Assembly (NCBI GenBank): GCA_041661605.1
Contig: JBAZUE010000002.1
Location: 40,010-104,009 of the forward strand
Length of the DNA: 64,000 bases
Reading direction: 5' to 3'
Source of the DNA: Candidatus Omnitrophota bacterium
GTDB taxonomy: Bacteria; Omnitrophota; Gorgyraeia; Gygaellales; Profunditerraquicolaceae
Position numbers and translations under genes: made by a program. Below, in pieces: positions 22,301-34,300 of this stretch (the stretch's first letter is position 1; every line of letters starts with the position of its first letter). Below the pieces are notes generated by a model. The model was given only the letters and a program-made list of their open reading frames with translations. It was not told the origin of the DNA and searched no databases.

Positions 22301-25300
22301 GGTATTTTTGATATGTTTTTTCCCCATGATGCGACTCTGCTTCAAAGGATAAAGTTCTGGTTTAATAAAATTCAGAGGCTGGTAAATAACTGGATTAGAA
22401 TGCTGGAGAAACTGGCTATAGCCAACGGGAATATAGCGCCTTTGAATTTACTTTGGGAATATGCGCAGAAGGCAGATTATAAAACGCAGCTTGAGGCTGT
22501 GCGCAAAATCCGGGATTTACAAGGGCAATTTATAAAAGTTTACGAAAGTGGTTATCGGGAATCGGAAGGCTCTATTGTTGCTCAAGTATCAAGAAAATAT
22601 TTCATTACGCTTACCTCATCCCTGGGCATCATTGAACAGATGAAGGCAAATCAGGAATGGCTCGAAAAGTTCAATTTAGCAGAAATAGATAAAGCCTTAA
22701 GCTTAATCAGAAAAAACTTTCTGGGAGTAATTATAGATTTAGTGGCTACGGGAAAAAAGAGCGCAAACCCAATGTTTATATTAAACCGGATGGAGTTGTT
22801 TAAAGACGTAGCGTCATTGGCGAGAAATTTGGAAGTTTTGAAGAAATTACAAAAAGACCCCAAGATTGAAGACGAAACATTTCTGTATTTATCCTTCCTG
22901 CCCTTCGAGGATTTAAATAAAATCATACAGAGGGCAAGTCTAATTTTTAAAGACGCCGGAATAGTAATGCGTTTAAATGTTTCAATATTGGATTGGCTCC
23001 TAAAACTTAATGAAGATGGTTTTGATAATTTAACCCGGAATGTTGACGCCCTATCCGCAGGTAATGAGATGTTTTTATTGACGCTTGGCTCCTCCGACCT
23101 TGAATTTTTATTAAATTTAGAATATGAAGAAGCTAAAACCATGGGCAGTATAATAAGCCGGTTAGGATACGGCTTCGGATATAATTATTTTGAGTTAGTT
23201 TCTAATATGCTGAAAAACGCAAAGAATTCCCCTGGACAAAAGGAAGAAATTTTAAGCATTACTGCTGAAGACATACAGAGGTGGCAGGATCATAACCAGG
23301 AAGATTTCTATCAGCTAAATAAGATATATCGTTCGCTTGCCACATCGGATAACACCGTAAATTTGATCGTAACAGTCATTAAGAAAAAGGATATATCCAT
23401 TATTGTGCCTTTTGAAACGCTGGAAAGTTTTGGCCTTTATCGTCAAGAGATGGAGCCTTTTAATAAATTCATGAATACATCAGCCAGATATGAAAATAAG
23501 AGGGAAATAGCTGTTTTGTTTGCGAGATGGGTTTCGATAATATCTACCGCGGATGCCTCTTTTACGGAGAGCGCCATGCCGGCAATTAAGTCTGCTTTCG
23601 AGGAATATTTTAATTCCGATAGAAGAGATAAATACGCGGCATTAAGGAACAGTTTAGAAGCTGTTTTGGAAGCAACGATAAGGAAGCTATTAGAAGAAGT
23701 TACCGGGGAGGCCATACCGCAAGAAAAGATTTCCAGGCTTGAGGAAGGCGGAAGGTTGCAAAAGATTATTACCGTTGTTTCGCTTTATTACAGCATAATC
23801 GCAAAAAACGAGCAAAGTGAGGCGGATAAGAAACAAATGCAGGAAAGAGTAACAGAAATACTAAAGAAGTTCATTTCAGAAGAAGCTGCCGAATCGGATG
23901 TTGAGCAATGGATAATTGGTAGTATTGAGGAAAACCGGAAAGCAATGGATGCCTTACTTGCGGCAGGATATGACAAGAGGCTGTGGGAAGAAGGGGTCAG
24001 GGTTGAAGGTGAAATAAGGCGCGGATTAGGTGAAGAAGAAAAGAAGGCGCAAATTAACAAACAGGCCCAGGAAATTATCGACAGGGCAAAGAAAATGGGC
24101 TTGCCGGTAAAAAATATTAAGATAGAAAGCTATGAAGATGCGCGAGACGTATTTAAAACTATCTTGGACAGCAAAGAAAATATAATTAATTCCGGAAGGG
24201 CCTCAAATGAGGATTTTGAAGGCCATGTAAATAGAATAAGGGATATTCTGGGAAAAATTAAGGACATATCCGGTAAATACTTAAATGGAAGAAGCGAAAA
24301 AGCGGAAATCGTTATAAAAAAAGATTTCTTTGCCGAATCGCTTTCTGGAAATAATTCTTATTCGGGGTGTTTTAAGGCTTTCGCGGGTTTTCATCAGGAG
24401 ATGCCGCTTAAACACGCTTTGGAAGTGAATACTGCTATAGGGATAGTATATATTGGCGGAAAACCGGTAGCGAATGTTGTGCTGGCTTTGACGGATAAAG
24501 GAGTAGTAGTATATGGTGACTATAAGGAGGACTACGATTTAGGTCCTCTATGGGCAGAAGCCTGGAAAGAATTAGCAAAATTATCGCCTGCGGTAATTCT
24601 CGGTGGTAATTCTGCCGGAAGAAAGGCTTCTGAAAAGTCCGGTAAAATAAGAAATATCTTTTCTTTCAAAGCAATTAAGACCGCAACTCTTTGGGAGCAT
24701 GTTAGTTCGGATTTGGGGCGGACGGATGAAAATGGGGATGTTTATTATATAATACAACCTGCCTTGATATTAACTTCTCGCTCAATTGCCAGGAGTGGCA
24801 GTGATAAGAATGACAATTCTGGAAAAGCTAACCTCGTGATACCTAAAAATCAGCTTTCAGAAAACGAACAGGAGCAGCAAAGAGTTTCTCCGACAGATAA
24901 ATTTAATAAAGACAGAGGCAGGATTGTAAGAGAAATTATGGCTAACCCTGAATTGAATGAGCTGAATTTAAAGCCATTATTAAGCAATTTTGAAAGAGTA
25001 ATATTTGATTTTGACGAGCAAGAGACAGAAGAATTAGCGGCGTCTTTGAATAGCCGGCTTGATGCAAAGCGAAAAATAACAGAAACAGAAAAATCCGCCT
25101 TAACACAAAAATTGGCTGAAATTAAAAGAAAATATAATTCACCCTCAGCCAGTTCACCAATTAAAGCAGGCGAATCCGCCGGCTCTGCGGCTGAGGCTTT
25201 CAGCTCGGGGCTGGCCGTAAAAGATGAGTTAATAGCAAGCGTTAGGGGTAATAGCTGGAGGCCGGTCCTTCCCGCGGACAGTTTTGCCGCAAAGTTTATA

Positions 25301-28300
25301 CCTCTTTTTAATAAGCTGGACCAAAACTCGGTCCCAGAAGAATTCCCGATTGTTTCTGTCGTTGACAACGGATTACAATTGCCGGATTCTGATAAATTAT
25401 GCCTTCAGGATAAAACAACCGCCAGCCGATTAAAAAAAGAAGGCATAGAGTTTCTTTCCGGGGAATTGCTGGGCAGTAATATGTTCCTTAAGACTCTTAA
25501 GGCAGAGTGTGCTAAAGAGGATTCAGATTTGAAAAGATTCTTAAAACAGCATTTTGTATATGCTATGTCCCCGTCTTTGCTTTGGCAAGGAGAAACAAAT
25601 AATTCGTCGATAAAATATGTCCAGGAGATGCTGGGGGATAATATTATAAAGAAGTATCCGCAGACAGCCAAAGCTTTTATCCCGCTGATACAAAGTTTAT
25701 TCCAAAAATTGCCCGCCCGCCAAGGCATTAATTTCTTTGAAAGCGTGACAGGAGGGACGAGCTGCGGGAATACGCGCAGGGCTTTAAGCGGAACCGTTCC
25801 TTTATCTAAAATGCTCGTTTACGTTTATCAATTGAATTCAGCCATGGAGGGGGTTTATTTAAAAACAAATAAAAATCCTGAAGCGCTGGGGGCATTTATA
25901 GATTTAGGGTTTGACCCGCCGTTATATAGCTCTGTTGAGGCAATCAGTTACGCGCTTGAGCTTTTACTCGCGCAGTGGAAGAATGTCGGTTTGAAAGAGG
26001 GCGCCTCAATGTTTTTTGAGCTGGGCCTAAGGCAGGCATTAGAAAGGACATCTGATTCGCCTTATAGGCAATATATATTCCGTTTCGCTGCCCTTAAAGA
26101 AAGTAATTGGTTCGCGCGGATAACGGATGATTTTTCATCCATCGATAATAATTTAACGAGTGAAGAATGGTTTGGTTTTGCAGCGCGCGAAAAAGAATTT
26201 TCTGAATTTATCGATATACTGGCCGGGAATGGTTATAAATTCTCGCGGTTTGACGCAAGAGAATTATTAATGTTGAGCAGCAAAGAAGGGATGAAGGATT
26301 TTGTCGCAGATTTGATTTCATACGGTTATAGGTTTAAAAAAGAACACATTACTGCCTTGTTAGAGATGTTTGGCCGCCGGGAAGAAATTATTAATAAGGT
26401 AAAAGAGATTAAGACAGCTTGTCCCGAATTTACGTATTATATTTTTGATGACGCGACTAGGCTGTCTTATGAGCCAATTAATGTCCTAGCGGATTTTTTA
26501 AAGCGCAATCGCCGCGCGGCGGTTAATATGGTAAACAATCTCGAAACCGCTCTTACGTATATGAATCCTGAAGCCCTTCTTCAAGCGGAAAAAATCAGGG
26601 AAGTTTGCAAGGCTTTCAATTCCCCTGCTTTTCTCATAAGCAGCTTTCTTAGCGGCTCGCTTAACGGCCTGTTGTCAAAATTCACGGGAGAGGATGATTT
26701 TATGCGTTTTGCATTAACCGCGGATGTTATCGAAAAAAACTTTAAAAAAGCATTCATCGCGTTCTTAAGCGGTTATAAGCAAGGCACTCAAAGTCAATTT
26801 GACATATTGATGGAAATATTCCTTTCCAGTATTAGTGATGTGGAGCGGTCTTCAAAGATTGCCGACATCATTGGAAACTGGTTTTCCGCCGCGGATACAA
26901 CCTTTTCTTTGCCCAGGGATATTAATGCAGCAATGCAAAGTATCTCCTCCGGAAATATGGATAATCGTAACCCAGTGCATGTATTTGCCAGTTATTTGGC
27001 CATAAGCAAGGCATTACAGCAAGAGGGAATGCAGCGCGGCGTTACTTATAAAGACGTTTTAGGATTGGCTGAGAAGCGGGCCAATAGAAAAGAGGGATTT
27101 GAGGGCATCCCGCAAGAGCATATGCGTAATATAGAAGGGGTGGTATATGAAGCGGTTATCATCCGGAATAAGCTTTTGGAAATAGAGCGCGCCGGAAAAA
27201 AGCAAATAGTGGTTGCCAATTTGTCTTACGGAGGAGTGGCGGTTACGCCAATCACCGAACAGAAAAACGGCCAGGCGCATATTGTGGGTACGCAAATCCC
27301 TGTATGGTATACAAAAGTCGGCTCTACCGAGGCGCACAACAATGAATACGTGCTGGTTTACGATTTATTCACTCCGGAGCAAATAAAGGTTTTGATTGAA
27401 GAAAAACCGTTTGTCTCGGTGGTTGACGGGAGTACTTCTGTAGCTGATTCCGACAGGAGTTCTCCGCACATACCTGATGCTTTTAAGGGATACCGTAATT
27501 ATTTTATTGTTTTAAACTTCGCGCTGAGTGAATCATTTAACCCGAAGGATTTTGATGTAAATGAAGAATTCGTTAAGAGTTTACTGGCTACTGATGAGGC
27601 CAAGGAACTTATCCGTAAGATACGGTCTATAGCTGTTAAACCGCGTGTGCCCAACGCGTATAAATTCGGGTTTTCTTATGAGCGCAAAGCGGATTCGGAA
27701 AAAGAAGAGTTTTTATATTTGCGGGAGGGGAAAAAAGAAGCTGCTAAAGCAACTAAATTAAATGTAGATGAAATTATAAAGCAACAAAACCCCTTCTGTA
27801 TTTTCATACAGTCCTGTATTCATCCTAATGACGTTGACAAAAAGTTGATGCCCGAAGAATACAGGGCAGGGTATTATGATGATAGAGGCCACTTTAAAGA
27901 ATTCTACCTTGATTATAAAGACGGTTACGGCGTTGTGATTTCCAGGCGTTACGCTGACGCGGCAAGGGAATTCTTCATGCAATTCATGTCGCGAGATGAA
28001 GCTGACTCCGCCGGTTCGTCGGTTGAGCAAAACAAGGAAAGCGGTATTGATTTATCCAGAAGGAAAGGAATATTAATTTCATTAGCCACTGTTTTGACTC
28101 TAAAGATATTAGGGCCGTCAAAGGCGTTGGCAGAACTCCTGGGTTCTGATGAAATATATTATTTGCACTTAGCGAACAGCGAACCTAAAAATGCCGTATT
28201 AGACTTTAAAAAATATAAGGCGCAGCCTTTTGCAAAAAATGTTTTGAAAGCGGCCATAAATAAAAATGCGGATGTGGTATTAGAGCACGCGGAGGTTTTT

Positions 28301-31300
28301 ATCAATGAGACTTATGCGCAGGAACTATTTGAGCTCGCAACCCAAACCTGGCCGCAGTCTATATTACGCCACGCATACCAGATTATTAAGCAGCCATACG
28401 CGCAGGGGATTATTGAAATTGCGGCCAGTAAGTACCCGACGGGAGCTTTGGAATACTCTTTTAATTACGCAAAACAGCCGTACGCGCAGAAGATCATTGA
28501 AACCGCGGCCAAAAGCGAGCCCGTTGCAGCGTTGAAATTCGCGAAAGCTTACATAGAAGAGTCATACGCGAAGGGCATACTCGAGCAAGCAGCTAAGAAA
28601 AATTACCTGGCAACTTTAGAATACTCCCGGAATTATTTTCGAAAAGAGTATATGCGGCCAATTATAGAGCAGTGTGCTAGAAAGAGCGCTTGGGGTGCCT
28701 TGAGATTTGCCTCCGGTTATCTGAATATGCCCGGAGCCAGGCAATTAATTGAAGCAGCGGCAGAATTAAGTCCGGATACGGCTTTGCGTTATTCATTTGA
28801 GTATATGGAAGCGCCGTATGCAAAGGATATTATTATAAAGTCGGCGTTACAAGACCCGGCGGCGGCAATAATAAATACGGGAGGGGTTGGGTGGGTATTG
28901 GAAGAAAAGAGAAAAGATATTCCAGAGATAGATATTATTTTAAGGATAGCAGCAAGCGAATATCGCGGCAAGCAAGAAAGAATAGGAGCGCTGCTTGATA
29001 TGATTATGAATGATATTGCCACTGGCACTGAAGCAGGCAGGGCAATGTATAAAGCAAATAAGATAAGCGAAAATGATAATGAATTCTTTAAGGAGCTTAT
29101 GAAGATAAAAACTAATAAGTCCTCTAGGGGCGTAGCAAGCGTTGACCGGTTTTTAAAACGCCTATCTTCGATCTTAATAAGAGATATGAATGATATGCAT
29201 GATTTAACAGCGGAAAGAAGATTCAGCGCGTTGAGCGATTATGATGCGTCCATGCTTTATACTATGATAGTTTACGGAGAAGATGAGGTCTATACCTCTA
29301 CCTTCAACGGGATCTTCAATATACTCATTAAAAAGATGAAGGGAAATAATATTTCCGGAGAAAAATTATTAGAAATGGTCGGTAAAAATAAATTCCGGGT
29401 GTTTATAAAGCTTACTGCGGCATTTAAACGCTTGAACGAATTTTGGGATATTTTGGAGGCAAAGAATAAAAAAGATGAGCTGATAAAAGAATTTGTCCAG
29501 GGTTTAGCCGGGATAAGAATTGACAACGAGCGATTATCCCAGGCAATAGCGGTAGCGGACACCTTCAGCGTGATTAACGGCGGGTATCAACAGGTTATTT
29601 TACGCGAGGCCATTGAAGAATATAAGAAAATGGAGACCGCAGGCAATAAAGAAGGCGTGAGGATTTATGGGATTTTAATAAGTATTTTCGGCAGGCAGCT
29701 GTCCATAGAAGAGCCGTGGTTTCAGCAGATGTATCAGAATTATCCTGTGCCGGATTTAACGGCGATTGACGGCTCGCAGCTATTTGATCCTAACGGAGCG
29801 CAGGCTAATACGCAGGTGCACTTTTTTTATCATGACCCTTACGGTAAGAATTCTTTTGCTAATTTTAAAAAACTATTTAACAAAAACGAAATTAAAGAAT
29901 CCCCGGACAAAAGTTTTATTGTTATCGCGCGGCAAAGGGCGGACAAAAAAATCATAATATATGCCAATAATCCCTATACAGACGCTGTCAAAGGTCAGAT
30001 GCAGATTGATAAGGCATTGAAAGAACGGGGAATAGAGCCTCAAGTAGTTGTCCATCGCGGCCACAGTTTTCATCTTTCAGATACGATAGAAAGGATAACG
30101 GCTAAGGCCAAGATAGTTTTTCTGGGGGCTTGCGGCGGTTACAATTATATCGTTGATGTGTTGGAGAGGGCGCCATTGGCGCATATTATTTCAACAAAAG
30201 GGACGGGCAAAAACGACGTTAACAATCCGCTCCTTGATATGTTAAATAATGAGCTTCTTTCGGGAAAAGGCATTCAATGGGAGGGCTTCTGGGGAAAAGC
30301 AAAAAAGAGGTTGGGTAATACTAAGGATTTCTTGGATTACGTGCCCCCGCACCGTAATTTGGGCGTGTTATTTCTTAAGACATACTATAATGTTGCGGAG
30401 AATGTTTCTAAAACAATCCCGCAGCCGCGAAACCAAAGCTTTCTCCGGGAAATTATTGACGGCCTGACCATGGAAGCAATTTTACCAATAACAGTATTTA
30501 ATATGGCAATTAATAAAATAGCCGACCGTAGCCCAATGGACAGAAGGGAATTTTTTGGATTAGGGAAGAAAACGAGTCAATCCGGCTCCGCTGATTCATC
30601 TATATCCAGAGAAGTAATGGCTGGGTCTTCATTGCGAAATCCTCTACCCGCAGCCCCGGCATCCGAGTTACAAGAAGGCCAGGAAAATCAAAACGGAATG
30701 GATCGCAGGACGTTCTTAGGTGCCCTTGGCGGCCTTGCCGGGCTAACTTTTCTTCTCGGCTTGTCTGATTCAGGGAATGCGGCAGGGATGCCGCAAGAGA
30801 ATGTCCAGCCTGAAGAAAGCGCGCAAAAGGCCGTTGATTGGGACAAGGCAAGAGGATTTATCATCGATAAACTTGCTGAAAAATACCCCGAAAAGAAGCA
30901 GGCTCAAGATATTAAAGTGGCTTTCGGCGAATATGAAAAAGATAAAAGCAAGGCTTACCGGCAGATAAATAAACTGTTAAACAGCATGGCGAAAGAAATG
31001 GATAAGGAGCAGAGAATCGGCTTGAACAGCAACGGTTGGTATACGGTTTATTTCATTTATATTGACGGTCTGTATGAGGAGTTCGGGCATAAAATATTAT
31101 TTCCTTTTGGCAGAAGGTTTGCATTCCTGGATTCAAAAAATAACCAGGGAACAAGAAAAGTGATGGAGCAGGTGCTCGAGGAAGAAGCGGCTACCGTGAA
31201 AAAAGTGATAGGTACCTTGTTCGGAGGGCTGAGTTTACTCGGCGCGGGAAAGTTTGTTTACGATAAAATAATTAAACCCTTCTTTTCCAGGCGATTTACG

Positions 31301-34300
31301 CGCACGCTTATGGATGAGCTGCGGACAATAAATAATGTCGTATTTAAAGACGATGGAATTGAAGCGGGAATTGAGGTGTATACCCAATCCGTGAAGATCG
31401 TAATGAATACATCCGCTGAAAGCGTAAAAATCTACCGGTTACAAAATAGCCAAGAAAAAATAACGCATGATCAGCGAGATTCTCACCGCTATTATACAAA
31501 TTATGGCTGGCAAATAGAACGGGCTATTGAGGATTATATCTTGGATAAGCATGATAAGGATATGCTTTTAAGTTTTATGCCCGTTAAATTAAGGGATAAC
31601 GAGTATTATGGATACATAACTAATAAATTAAAGTTAGAATCGTTATTAAAAGGGATAGTTAAAATAATAAGTGATTTTAGAGAATACGAGTACCGTGATT
31701 TGGCAGAAATAATTGCTTTATTGCAAAAAGAAGAGCGCGTTAATCAACAACTGCTCATTAATTGGTTGATGGCGGCGCAAAAACAGGGGCGGTCTTTGCG
31801 CTCGGCGCTTGATAAATTACAAGAGTTGTTAAAACTGCTGCAGGGTGAATCTTCGGAAGCCGTGGCCGCAGGAATAAGCCTACTTATTAAACATCCTTAT
31901 TTAAGGGTATCGTATTTACGCGTTTGGCTAGAAGATGCCGCAGCTCGCGGGCAAGACAAGGCAAAGCTTGTCGGCGACCTGAATAATTATTATACCATAA
32001 CAAGGGCATTGTTAAGGGCAGGCAATTATGAAAATGAAATAGCCGGAATGATACAATCTGTATTGACAGATAATATTGAAATCCGCAGGCATAGTTTATT
32101 AAGCTGGCTCAAGGCTGTGAAGCTGCATGGCAAAGACGCAAAAATGTTTTTATCGGAATTAAAGAAATTAGCCTTAATTAATAAAAGATTTATTGAGGAG
32201 TTGGAAACCAGGCGGCCCCGTTCCGGGTACGGGTATGAATATAAATGGTTCGAGGATACCCTTTTATCGCAAAGCGGAAAGCTGCTTTTGGCTTTAGGGG
32301 GAATATATGATTCCGGATATCTTAATAAGCTGCTTCCGTTATATACAGGCGGATATCTTTCTAAGTCTTTGGGTGAAAAAGGGTATATATATCTTGAAAG
32401 AATATCCAGCATTCTGGAAGAGAATATTAATCTCATTGATTCTGGAAGTTTGCTTGAGCTTAAGAAGAGAGAAATTGGCAGTAATGATCGACTGCAGTCT
32501 TTGATATTGGCAAAAGTTTCGGTTGACCCTTCTTTTATCCAGTCGATCACAGATAATATAAAAAAAGAAGAGAATCCGCAAGTTAATAATAATTTATTAA
32601 GATTATTATTCAGCCTTGAAGGCGCGGATGAAGCAATCCACGATATATTAATGAACATTAACCCTGAAGAAATCGCGCGAAAAACGATAAATAACGAATA
32701 TAACTGGCAGTGGAACTTATTAGAGCTATGGCCGGAGAATGAAAAAAGTATAGCCAGGATTATGAAAAAATACCCTGAGTTGCTTTCAAAAGTGTTCGCC
32801 ATAGCCAAGCCTCTAGTGTCAACTTATGAAGACAGGCCGCCGTATTACAAGAGGCATTTCCCGCTTATTATATCCGCCGCGTTAAGCAATTCGCGGGAAC
32901 TGAGTGTTTCTGCGGATGAATTCAGGGATTTATTTAAAATACTTAATAATTGGCGTTACCGTCCGGAATGTTTAGGGGCGATTTCCTACGCCGTGCTTAA
33001 CAATCCTTCTCTTTTTCGGGAACTACTTACAGAAGATCATATATTTGATGCCGATTATTTGCTTGGAGTAAAAATAATTCCAATTGAGCTGCGCATGAAG
33101 CTGCAAAGGCAGTTTCTTGAGAGTTTTAAGGATGCCTTTCGTGAATTAAGGCCGGAAGAGTCTTCCAGGATGCTGGCGGGCATGATCAAGAATATAGTTA
33201 TTTATGGGCGCGTAGAAGCGAAAGATTTGGACCTCTTAGCGGTTTTTCCCGAGCGACAGGCAGTAGCGAATACGGTATTTTTCTGCAGAGAGCTGCGAAA
33301 AATAGGCTATGATTTCAATAAATATGATTATTTTACTTTCGGAGATTTTCGTTTTATTCATGAATTAGCGCAGCAACCGGATATAACGGCATTTTTGCGC
33401 AAATTAAGGAGCTACGGATTCGTCTTCCAAGACGCTTATTGGGGGTATCATTCCAATGACAGAATCGGGATTTTAAGCGATATATTCAATAAAAGAGAGG
33501 AGTACTTTTCAAAAATTGAAGCGATACGCTCCGTGCTCCCGGATTTTAAATACCAGCCTTTACTAGAAGGCCTTAGCCCGGAATCGGTACTGGCTTCTTT
33601 ATTGGAACGTTATCCCAGTCAGGCGGTTAGCATGATGAATGACCCGGAAGGCGTGCTTAAGGCGATTAATCCGGAAGCTGCCCCTTACGCGAAAAAAATA
33701 AGAGAAATTTGTACTGTCTTTAATTTTCCCGTTTTCCTTGTAAGCGGATTTATCAGCGGTTCGCTGAATAATTTATTACCGGGATTAACCACGCCAGATG
33801 ATTTTATCTATTCAGTATTTATCGAAAATTCCGTTGAACAGGAATTTAAGGATAAATTCACGGCATTTTTATCCGGTTACACAAACGGCACCCAGGGCCA
33901 ATTCAATATGTTGATACAGGCATTCCGTTCCGGCCTTAATGGTTCGCGGCAGTCTTCACAGGTTGCCGAAGTCATAGGGGGCTGGTTTTGTAGCGCATAC
34001 ACGGTTTTTTCATTACCCAAGGATATTAGTATGGCCATGCAAAATATATCTTCCGGTAATATGGATAATAGCGACCCGGTGTATGTGCTCGCAAATTACC
34101 TGGCTATTAGCAAGGCGTTGCAAAGGGAAGGAATGCAGCGTAGCGTTACATATAAAGATGTTTTAAGTTTAATTGAAAAACGGGCTGGCGGCAGTGGGGC
34201 GTTCGAGGATATCCCTGAAGAGCATATGCGCAATATAGAAGGGCTGGTGTATGAGGCTGTTATTATTTGGAATAAGCTTTTGGAAACAGAGCGCGCCGGA

